NCBI RefSeq assembly: GCF_001194135.2
Contig: NC_068982.1
Coordinates: 108,105,348 to 108,152,570 of the forward strand
Length of the DNA stretch: 47,223 bases
Source: Octopus bimaculoides
Lineage: Eukaryota
Direction of reading: 5' to 3'
In this document: positions 24,701-35,232 of the stretch, piece after piece
Layout of the letters: each line of letters begins with the position of its first letter
Numbering within the stretch: the first letter of the stretch is position 1
The notes under the pieces: generated by a model
The model's input: the letters and a program-made list of their open reading frames with translations, nothing else
What the model was told of the DNA's origin: nothing
Databases searched by the model: none
Made by a program: the position numbers and the translations under genes

Positions 24701-25108
24701 AGCCAGCAGTAGTGTGTGTGTGTGAGTGTGCGTACATGCGCATATGTGAATGAGTAAAAGAAAGGGATGGCAAAATTCTTTTTCTAATTAAGAGTTAAGT
24801 ATGCAATTGACTAGCAGTTATTTTTTTATCTCCTACAGGGAAGTTAAGCTGGTCAAAATTTCAACACAGTCATTTTATCTACTACATGGAATTGATTTGA
24901 ACAAAATTTAAGCATTTTCTTCCTCTTGACATTTTTAAATAGGTTCTCTTACTGATTCCAATTAAGCATATCTTGCTAATAAACAATGTAAGGATGTTCA
25001 TAAAAATCAATCCCAAACTAACATTATACAAGTTACTTAAACATTTTTCTATACAAAATAATTGCAAAAAAGTTTGAAAATGTATGAGAGAAGTAAAATG
25101 TTACTTAC

Positions 25109-28100
25109 TGTAGCTGAAGCAATTGCAGCTGCCTCTTCAAGACCATACAGTTTATTCCCTATTAAATATACACCGTCTGACCAAACAACACAATCTTCAT
25201 GGACCCAAACCTCAGATACATCAGAATTTAACTGCTCACAGTCTAAATCACTGCCACAACCTCGTTCATCACTTGATGACTTTCGTATTCGCCTGTCAAT
25301 ACCACTGGTTTGCTCAACAAAAGGTAAAGTCCTCTTCCGTTTATGTTTACTGTCCATTTTGGATAAATCTTCAGAAATAGGAGTCAATGTTGAAGCATTA
25401 GGTGAGCTGTCAGGGTTAGAGGCTTGGCCAAGAGGTGAGGGTAAAGGAGGTGCAGTTAATGCTGGCGGAACCTGCACTTTGTCAGGTTTTTCTGATTTTA
25501 CAGTAGGGTGGAAGCCCTCTGGATAATAAGGTCCAAATAAATCTCCGAGAAATTTGTAAGTGCTACCTTTACCACACAGTACACAAACCCAAACATCCCC
25601 AATTAAAGAGGTTCTGGGAACTAAGACAGATTTTTCAGACGGTAAATTAGATATCTGAACTGAAGATCCAGTTGAGGGACATTTGATTTTAGACTTCTTG
25701 TTCAATTTGGAGTCATTGTCTTCTTGATGTTGATTAACAACTATGCAGCTTGCCGGTTCATCCTTTATAGTTGTCATCCGGATAAATGGGCCAGTTGTAA
25801 CAGATCCCATCTCATTTTTTTTCTTTTTGGTGCTGGACATTAAATCCATTGTTTTTTTCAGTTTCAAAGACTTGAAAGAGTCACTATCAGGGGCAAAAGA
25901 GCTATAAATATCAGACTTGCCACGACTTATCTTTCGACCCCGCAAAGACCCTTTTGCTGGTGGTCGCCCTTTCTTTTTCTTCTTACCAGCAGATGTGCTG
26001 CTCTTCTTGTCAGGTGTCATTGCCCCATCAGTTTCATTTGTTTCAGAGGGTGTCAATTCTTCTTTAAATTCAACATTTAAAGAAAGTTGAGGGTCAGGGC
26101 AAAGCTCATTAGTCTTGCTATCACTTGCTTCTTCATCACTTAAGTCAGAGTTATTCTCCATGTTACTGGAAAATTCCTGCTTAATAGGATTACTCTCGTC
26201 AGTCAAGTCTATTTCCAAGATTTCTACAGGTGCTTTAGAAATTGGTGCAGTTTCTGGTTCCGGATTTCTTGAAGGAAAAACTTCAGATTTAATTGTCCTT
26301 TTTCTCTTAGAACAGAGAATATTTTCATCATAAGATACAGAATCACCCATTATATTTGTATCCACAACACAGTCAAAGTCTACAGATGATGAATCTTGTC
26401 GCTTTCGGCGTCTTCTTACCATTGGTTCTGGAGTGCGACTACTATCTTCTCCACTGACGTCATGCTCCATGGGACTAGCTTTTGCAGCTGTCGTGGAATG
26501 TTGCTCATCTTCATCACATGGTTCTTTTTTTATTACTGTGGTATTATCTATTTGTTCTTCCTCATTGGAAGTTGAATGGGTAGCCCTTTCAAAAAGACAT
26601 TTCTTGTTCTCTTCAGTCGTAGGGCCAAGAGCTGTGTGACTTTTCTCTTCTTGAGAAGATTTTGTTTGTTGGCTGATTCGGCTACTGCCTCGTTTTTTAT
26701 TTTTTGGAGCCTGACTTAATTCCTCTTTCTTAGACTGAGAAGTATTATCACCAACTAACTCAATACTGTCTTTTTGAAAGAGACTGTCTGTATCCAGCTC
26801 TAACTTAGATTGTTCTGTTGTACTACCTTCTTCTTTGCTGTTGTCCAGAGCACTGTCAGAATTGGACAAGGTTTTAGTTTGCTCACAACCGTTTGTTCTT
26901 TCTTCTGCTGGCTCTTCAACTCTTGATATGTGCTCATCATCAACTGTATCCAATTCACAACTGCCAGTAATCTCTGGCCCCCCACCAGCGTACACCTTAC
27001 TCTGAGAAGTTGTAATTGATCGGAGTAAAGAATTACGCATTTGCCGCGTATACGTGTTACCTGAATCTTTACGTACACGAAGCCGAGAGCTGGTTTCATT
27101 GTCTTGTTCTTCTTTCTGAGCTATTGCTTTTACAGTTTGGTTATTTTGGATACGCTTTGATCTTTTCACTTTGCTAAGATTTGTTTGAGTAGCACTAGTT
27201 TGTACACTTTGCTTGACAGCAGCAGTTGTAGTAGTAGTTGTAGCAGTTGTAGTAGTAGTAGTAGCAGGAAGGAGGGCTGATAAGGAAGTAGGAGTAGAAA
27301 CAGAATTATTTGTCAGTGTACTGCTTTCACTTGTAGAATATACAGGTGATGATACTGTGAAGGATGTGTTTGTGTTAATCATTGCAGTGGTTGATGCAGT
27401 TACTACATTGACATCAGTGGAAAGGCTAGTATTCACAGTCATTTTCTTTCTTGGACTGCGACGGGTTGCTTGAGGTGGATTCTCGTTACTTTTTAAAGAA
27501 CCTGAAGGATTTGGATTATTGGCACCTTCAGATGACTCAGTTTTGACATCTAGTTTAATTTCTACTTGTAGTTCAGCAGTATTTTCTTTATGTTGGTTCT
27601 TGTTTTCTTTTGGGGAGCAAGAAATACCATCTTCACATTTTGGACTGAGACACAAAGTTTCTTCTTTACTTTGAGAGAGGTCGGGACTTGGATAAACATC
27701 TGTTATACCATTAACCAGAGGATTTGGTGAGCATTGGAGTTGCTTTGGAGATGTAGGTGTCTCATTATCATCTTGGCTGTTAGTTTCCATTTCTACTTCT
27801 AAATTAGCTAGAGGCTGAGAAAACAATGGAGCAGAGACAGCTGAGGACATTGAGTGTGGTGGTGTATTAGCTGAATCAGTGCTAGAATTTCCAACAAGAC
27901 AGCCCGACTTGCTGGTAGTTTGAGATGGAGTTGCAGTATTTGAGCAAGAAGTAACACTAGCATTTATAGAATTCTGTTCAGGAGAGAACAATGAATTGGA
28001 AATTGCTGAAGATGAAGATGTATCATCTAATGGTGCACTTACGCTGGAATTCACAGTGGCAGTACTGCTGTTATCCGAGTCAAGAATATCTTGCTTATTG

Positions 28101-29087
28101 CTTTCAAAAGAAACCACTTCATGTTTCATTTCAACTGGAGAATTTTCCAATTTAGATTGAAATGGGACTTTATTATTAAATGTTGGAATATCCAATTGAT
28201 CTGGTAGTTTTGTGTCAGCAGATGTTTCAGTGTGACTCACAGTATTGTTACTGGTGTCCTCAGCAAAGCGCACATCCCACTTAAGCGTAGGAGATGGTGG
28301 AGGAACTGAAACCTGTTGTGGTGATGCCTTTGTGTTCAGGTTATTGTCTTGTTTGGCTATGAGACCGTGAATGGCCCCATTGTCTTCCAGTGTTGAAGAA
28401 GCAGGAGGCAATGATAGAGGAGCTATAGTAGGGTTTGGTGGTGGAGGTGGTGATATTTTAAATGAATAGTCTGACTTGTTAGAGCCAGAATTGTTGCTAG
28501 TGGTTGTGTTGCCATTATCACAGTGTTTTCCATCAGTACAACTGGTACTGCCACAGGCAGTGCTACTATTGCTGCAAGAGGTTGAGGACGAGTTGGAAGA
28601 AATACAGCCACCAGAATTTCGATGATCACTTGGAATATCACAGTTTTTTGGGCCTTCATTATTATGAGAGGGGGAGGGTAGACAAGCATCATTGACTACA
28701 CTCTTTGGATCTATCACTTGTGACTCTGGAAGCAACACAAGTTTTTCGAGTGATTGTAAGGGGTTCTTGACAACAAGAGGAGCTGCTGTAGATTGGCTAG
28801 CAGTGGAGTCCTGGGAGGCATCACTAACATATGGGCTCATTGATGGTGTATGTTGAAAGTTTTGGCTTTGAGGGGGACTGTTAATATGAGCTTTTGACAA
28901 TGCATATGGTGAGCCAGCATGGCTAATAGGAGAACCTATGGGATGAGGAGAATATCGATTTTGAGATGGAGGTCTTTGTTGCTGTGGCTGTTGCTGATGT
29001 TGTGGTTGTTGTTGTTGTTGTTGTTGTTGAGGCTGCTGATGGTGTTGATGATGATGATGCTGTTGTTGTTGTGGTGGTTGCTGCTGC

Positions 29088-29121
<34 letters not shown>

Positions 29122-30100
29122 GCTGCTGCTGCTGCTGCTGTTGTTGATGTTGTGGACCTGGAGACTTAATACTAGTGTTGCATGAAACATAACCACTACT
29201 ACTGTTACTGCCTAATGGAGACTGTTGCATCCCAGAAGAACTGTTTATTGAATGTGGAGGAGAGCAAATTTGTTTTCCACAGCCCACAGGTGACGTCATC
29301 GATTGAACAGCACAAGGCGAACGAAGACTACTTGTAATTGGGGACGGCGTAGTGACAGGAGATTTCACATTGGCTGGAGCAGGACTATGTAAAGAGACAG
29401 GACTGGAATTTGGCATAGATTGGTTACTATGATGACTTGCTGGACTATGCATCAACATAGGGCTAATTGGAGATGTACGAGCTGCAGGTGGATGGGGTGA
29501 TGTGCTAGGATAGCCATACTGAGCAGCATTGTGACGCATCTGAGACTGAACAGGACTGTTACAAGTCTGCATGCTATACTGAGGTGAGCGGGGTAGGTGA
29601 TATGGTGCAGTCCGGCTCTTGTTGATGGGAACATGTACTGTCTGATTACTAGGATAGTTTACCGAAGCCATTTGCAAAATGTTGTCGGCTACTTGCTGTG
29701 GGTTCTGGCAACTGGAGGAGTGTCGCATATATGGATGAGAATGCGGATTATGGGAAGAACTAGAAGAAGAAGCAGGTGATGAACTGTACATGGAGTTGCT
29801 GGCCATACTGGACATCTGTGCAGCTGATAGCTGTGACATTTGTGCAGCTGACATTTGTACAGCAGCAGCAGCAGCAGCAGAACTCTGTGCCACAGCACCC
29901 ATAGAAGAATAATGAGAGGCTTGGTAGGGGCTAGAAAAACGCTGTCCCATGAACTGTTGAGACTGGTTATGTTGGTTGTACATTGCTGCAGCTGCAGCGG
30001 CATTGTGTCCATGAAAAGAAGTTTGTTGGGAAAGCATCATATGACTGGAAGGATGATCGCCATAACTCTGCAGTGGATAACCAGACATACCACGACTCAT
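25109..30100 (-). CDS. TCF20: TCF20/RAI1-like gene, giant 4992-nt exon (1664 aa): disordered S/P/Q/T-rich region, polyQ, AT-hook-like KKKKKGRPP, split C2HC pre-PHD knuckle
   Basis: 1683-aa ORF. Acceptor gtcttttgtgtatttgtAG sits directly before ATG 30100; donor ACA|GTAAGT at 25108. Motifs WVCVLCGKGSTYKFLGDLFGPYYP, EVWVHEDCVVWSDGVYLIGNKLYGLEEA and GPFIR...SCIVVN match my recollection of TCF20/RAI1 (VCCLCGK...[34 protein letters not shown]). The symbol is a family call: probably a single co-ortholog of TCF20 and RAI1. Confidence 0.93.
29078..29146 (-). repeat. Coding trinucleotide repeat, polyQ23: (CAA)2(CAG)6(CAA)11(CAG)3(CAA)1
   Basis: Counted directly in frame with the giant exon; followed by more Q/H/P runs to about 28975. 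Confidence 0.95.
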
Positions 30101-30409
30101 CTACAAATACACAAAAGACATCAGAATAACACTCACTGATATGTTTAAAACTTCGGCAAATAAGTTGACCAAATCTTTATCAATTTTGACATTGAGTATA
30201 AATGCAAGAGAGAGAAAAAATTATTATAGCAATTAAAAAGCAGAAATGAAGGCTTCCTCAAAAGATATTTTATTTAAAAGAATTCAATTTTGACCTCCTT
30301 TTAATAATTTAACAACTATTTCATGAAATATATTTAACTTCTCTGAAAATGCTAGTATGCAATGAATGTGTGTGAAAATGTTGATACTTGCATATGAAGT
30401 ATTTTTACA

Positions 30410-30606
30410 GCAGACTGATGCCAGTGCCATGTAAAAAGCACCAAGTACACTGTAAAGTGGTTGACATTGGGAAGGGTATCTAGGAGCAGTAACCATACCA
30501 AAATAGGCAGTGGAGTCAGTTGTGGCCTCTGGTCTTGTCAGCTCCCATCAAACCATCTAAGCCCGCATGGAAAACATGCATTAAATGAAGATGAGATTGA
30601 TGATGT
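30410..30606 (+). mobile_element. RTE-type tail in the intron between the first coding exon and the giant exon
   Basis: tgccagtgccatgtaaaaagcacc..tggttgacattgggaagggtatc..gcatggaaaa, then degenerate (gat)n. Confidence 0.75.
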
Positions 30607-30923
30607 ATTTCAACAGGCGAGAATGATACCTATTTTCAGTGAGGCAGACAAGTAGCATAAGCTTACAAAGGGACATAATTCTAATGAATAAAATTTAATA
30701 ATTGTACCTTAACTACATCTTAGATGAGTCTGCCAAGAAAACTAAAATGTAGTTCAATATATAGTACTAAAAATGTGTTATTATAGATTTTCTTTTAAAA
30801 TTAATATCTTATAAGGCATATCTCAGATTCTAATGAATAGTTGATATTAAAACAGCCATGAAATGAAAACATATAAAAATGAAACAACAAATTTTATTTA
30901 ACAATTAAAAGATATTCCATTAC

Positions 30924-31022
30924 CATCTGAGGATTGTCTCTAGTGAGGTAATCAGAACTTAGAGCCATACGTCCAGTATTGGCACCATAAGGATTAGGCA
31001 TATCCTCCGGATAATGATTCAT
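30924..31022 (-). CDS. TCF20: TCF20/RAI1-like gene, first identifiable coding exon (exon 30924-31027; MNHYPEDMPNPYGANTGRMALSSDYLTRDNPQM)
   Basis: Minus strand: pyrimidine tract ttttcatttcctatcatAG (AG 31029-31028), 5 nt GTCCT, ATG at 31022, 33 open codons, phase-0 donor ATG|GTAATG (GT 30923-30922). Splices in frame onto the giant exon. GC-richer than its flanks. Too short for the ORF track. Confidence 0.8.
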
Positions 31023-31549
31023 AGGACCTATGATAGGAAATGAAAACACAAAAGAAAGGTTATTAATTTAAACATTATAAAAATAGGTAGCTTACTCAAA
31101 ATAATTGATAAACTGGTATAAATTAGATAGGACAAAAAAGATATGCATTAAAGGCTGCATTATTTTCACCTTCAACTGAATGTGAATTTTGTGGAATCAA
31201 TTCTTTTTAGACTAAAAATATCTTGAATAAAGATGTAATAATAATTAAAATAGACCCCATCTTTAAAATATTTTGAGAAAATACTAAAGATATCATTTCA
31301 AAATAACACAAATTATTTTCTTCAACTGGTATAAAAAGTGACTCATAATAAATAACTGATTTATGATTGAATGTAAATAAAGCATTGGTCATTTCATTAA
31401 GGAATTGCATGTAAGCAGTTGAGCAAACAACATCTGGTACAATCATTCAGGACAATTGTAGTGTCAATAGTCAATTCATAAAGTTAATCATAGAAATAGT
31501 TTGACAATTGTAATAAATTAGACACCAAAAGACAAATTTTTTTTATTCA

Positions 31550-31765
31550 TTATCTGTTTCAGTCATTTGACTTGTGGGCAAGTTGGAGCACCACCTCGAA
31601 GGATTTTAGTCGAACAAATCAACCCCAGAACTTTTTTTAAAGCCTAGTAATTATTCTATCAGTCTCTGTAGCTAACTGCAAAGTTATGGGGACATAACAC
31701 ACCAACAGCAGTTGTCAAGCAATAATGGAGGGACAAACAGACACGAAGACACATACACACATACA
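31550..31765 (-). mobile_element. SINE 3' portion
   Basis: tgtttcagtcatttgac..ttggagcaccacc..agcctagtaattattctatc..gacaaacagacac. Confidence 0.7.
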
Positions 31766-31779
31766 TAAATACATATACA

Positions 31780-32908
31780 ACTAGCAGTTGAGGGAACCTG
31801 TGGAAGAGGTAGACCCAGGAAAACCTGGGATGAAGTGGTGAAACACAACCTTTGAACATTGGGCCTCACTGAGGCAATGACACGTGACTGAGACCTTTGA
31901 AGATATGCTGTGCTTGAGAAGACCCAGCAAGCCAAGTGAGACCATAACCATGGCCTGTGCCAGTGCTGTACAGCCAGCCCATTTAAGAGTACCCTTTAAT
32001 CATTGGACAATAAACTACACTTGCGAAGAGATGTTGAGACAAGTGAAATTGCTGTTGTGGCCTATGACAGTACCGCCTGATTGGCACCCGTGCCAGTGGA
32101 ACATTAAAAACACCATTTGAGCGTGAAAAATGAAAATTATAAAAATATAAGGCTCATAAAAAGCCTACAAACAGTATATAAGACCATATAAATAGTTTTA
32201 AACACTCCAATACATGCCTGTGCACATAACCATACGTAGATATCTATGGATACAAAAGCATAGATAGATGAGTACATATGTGTGCCCAGATGTACGTCAA
32301 CAGTCACTTATACCACATGTGAGGGGGAAATATACATATATATATATCCCCTCACACATACATACATATACTCCCAGCAGTATATTGGATAGATACNNNN
32401 NNNNNNNNNNNNNNNNNNNNNNNNNNNNNNNNNNNNNNNNNNNNNNNNNNNNNNNNNNNNNNNNNNNNNNNNNNNNNNNNNNNNNNNNNNNNNNNNNNNN
32501 NNNNNNNNNNNNNNNNNNNNNNNNNNNNNNNNNNNNNNNNNNNNNNNNNNNNNNNNNNNNNNNNNNNNNNNNNNNNNNNNNNNNNNNNNNNNNNNNNNNN
32601 NNNNNNNNNNNNNNNNNNNNNNNNNNNNNNNNNNNNNNNNNNNNNNNNNNNNNNNNNNNNNNNNNNNNNNNNNNNNNNNNNNNNNNNNNNNNNNNNNNNN
32701 NNNNTATCTTGCAGGTACTTGGCTGGTGCCACATAAAAAGCACCCAGTACATTCTATTAGTGACTGGTATTAGGAAGGGGACCCAGCAATAGAAACCATG
32801 CCAAAGCAGACATAGAAACTGACAGAACCCTCTGGCTCATCTGTCCTTGTCAAACCATCTAACTTATGCTGGCATGAAAAAAAAGAGTCATTAAATGACG
32901 TTGATGAC
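31780..32908 (+). mobile_element. RTE 3' end (31780-32125) and RTE-type tail (32710-32908), separated by simple repeats and an N gap
   Basis: VEGTCGRGRPRKTWDEVVKHNL* followed by the family 3' UTR; tail blocks tggtgccacataaaaagcacc and taggaagggg after the gap. Confidence 0.8.
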
Positions 32909-32919
32909 ACAGATATATA

Positions 32920-33630
32920 CTGGGTAATCCAAAAGTCACGAGACCATTTTGAACTATAGTAACTTTTTTACAAATTTCTTTTTTTTTCCAGATTATTGAC
33001 ATGTAATTCTTGGAAAATAATCAAAAGTTCAAAAGAGTAACATGTAAAAATAATCAAATTTTATCTACAAAAATCAAAAATCAATTGTGCTAACCCAAAG
33101 AACTTAAATTTGTTATTTTCAGGTCAGACAACGACTATTTAAACCAGCAATAATTAATTTATTCCAGTTGTTTGAACAACAGGGGTTTGTGATTGATTTA
33201 CTATGTGTGAGAAGACCAAATTCAGAGCACTGAAGAAGAGACAGCAACATCAACCCAAAAGCAGTCCCAGCAGCTGAGCATATCCCAAAGCTCACTACAG
33301 AGGATTTAAAAGAGGCTGAATTTATCCCATATGAAGTACAGCTAGTGCAGAAACTGAAGTGAACAGATTATCAGGTACAATTAGTGTATGCAGCACAGAT
33401 CAAGAAATTCCTCCAGCCTTTTTCTTGTGAGAATATCTGAAAGATACAGTATACCAAAACAAACTACAGGCCATCCAGCAATTTAAGGAAAAGAAATTGA
33501 AGGAATAAGCCAAGAAATATTAGAAATGGCAATGGAACAACCTTTAGAAAGAGCTCACCATTATCAAGAATGAAATGATGGTTATTTATGGGGACATAAT
33601 TTTCAAAACTAACTAAAAATGTTTCCCAAG
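32920..33630 (+). mobile_element. Tc1/mariner relic, probably rosa/DD41D-like, catalytic core deleted
   Basis: LFEQQGFVIDL..RRP; TSTQKQSQQLSISQSSLQRI; YEVQLVQKLK*TDY; then directly FFL*EYLKDTVYQN..DIIFKTN. The subfamily is inferred from the Y.VQLVQ.L and FFLWGYLK..VY motifs. Confidence 0.55.
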
Positions 33631-34299
33631 AAGTGTATTTATTGTTTATAAAAGAATGTGAACATTGAATACAAAAAAAAAAGAAGGATTATTATATTTT
33701 GAAATGGTCAAGGAATTATTGGGCCAACCTGTACATACATATAAACATGTATATATAAATATATATAAACATACATGCACACACTCATAAATTCATATAT
33801 AAATACATACATGTACAAACATGTACATGATTGTACATATGTGTATATAGACACACGTGTGTGCATATATGCGTATACATATGTCTACGTGTATAAACGC
33901 ACATATATATATACACATGCATGCATACATACATGTGTGTGTGTGTATTTATATAAAGTCAATGCTTGGTTTACGGATTTAATATATTCCTGAAGGGCGT
34001 TCGTCGCCTGAAATATTTGTAAACTGAAACTAATTTTCCCATAGGAAATTCAAGAGAAGGCACAGTGAATTCAAGCAGGGATGCGCACTGAGTGAAAGCT
34101 AGACAGCAACTGATACTCTCAGCTTGTTGCCAATGGCTGTTGCCAGCTTGAATGTTCATTTCTTGAGACACTGTTCACTAGCTGAAGAAGTTTCATACTC
34201 AATTATTCATAAACCAAATTATTTGTGATGAGAAGCATTTGTAAACAGAAGTTCAATCGTATATATTCAGATATACCTATGCATGTACACACATATACA

Positions 34300-34351
<52 letters not shown>

Positions 34352-34691
34352 NNNNNNNNNNNNNNNNNNNNNNNNNNNNNNNNNNNNNNNNNNNNNNNNN
34401 NNNNNNNNNNNNNNNNNNNNNNNNNNNNNNNNNNNNNNNNNNNNNNNNNNNNNNNNNNNNNNNNNNNNNNNNNNNNNNNNNNNNNNNNNNNNNNNNNNNN
34501 NNNNNNNNNNNNNNNNNNNNNNNNNNNNNNNNNNNNNNNNNNNNNNNNNNNNNNNNNNNNNNNNNNNNNNNNNNNNNNNNNNNNNNNNNNNNNNNNNNNN
34601 NNNNNNNNNNNNNNNNNNNNNNNNNNNNNNNNNNNNNNNNNNNNNNNNNNNNNNNNNNNNNNNNNNNNNNNNNNNNNNNNNNNNNNNNNNN

Positions 34692-34794
<103 letters not shown>

Positions 34795-35232
34795 AACATA
34801 TATATATGCAAACATATATATACACACATACATATACACACATATATACATATATGCACATATATAAACTCAACTCTGTTGGTCACGAATGACCATGGGT
34901 GCACCTAAGAGTTTCCCCTCCAGAGTACAAATCTGGGTGGAAAGTAACCTCACCAGCAAACACAACCTAGGGCTGTTTTTATGGAAGACCAGCCTCCCCT
35001 CTCCATGCCACTGATATTTTTTCAACAAAAACAATAACATGTAACAAAAACATCTTTAAATGTTTATTCCAGAGCATATTCACTATCTACTTTAATTACT
35101 GCTTCCCATTTGCTTGGCAGATGGTCAGACTGTCATTTTAAGATGTTTTTGGTAAATATTGTTATTGTTTTTGTTGAATAAAATTTGTTCAAAATAAGCC
35201 ACAATTATTGCACCAACCCAATATATACGATA

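Noticed and set aside
25049-25108. C-terminus VSNILLLSYIFKLFCNYFV* of the 1683-aa ORF
   Set aside because: It is read-through of a consensus GTAAGT donor; the PHD continues in frame at 15022.
25062-30139. Overlapping and antisense ORFs within the giant exon (e.g. 25062-25526, 27213-27473, 28919-29185, 28966-29169)
   Set aside because: Shadow frames of low-complexity coding sequence, with no motifs or splice support.
30134-30140. GTGAGT donor just upstream of the giant-exon acceptor
   Set aside because: It would define an intron of under 40 nt, and it has no upstream acceptor partner.
31091-31115. 17-nt microexon with GTAAGC donor 68 nt upstream of the 31027 acceptor
   Set aside because: AT-rich with a weak acceptor; not distinguishable from chance.
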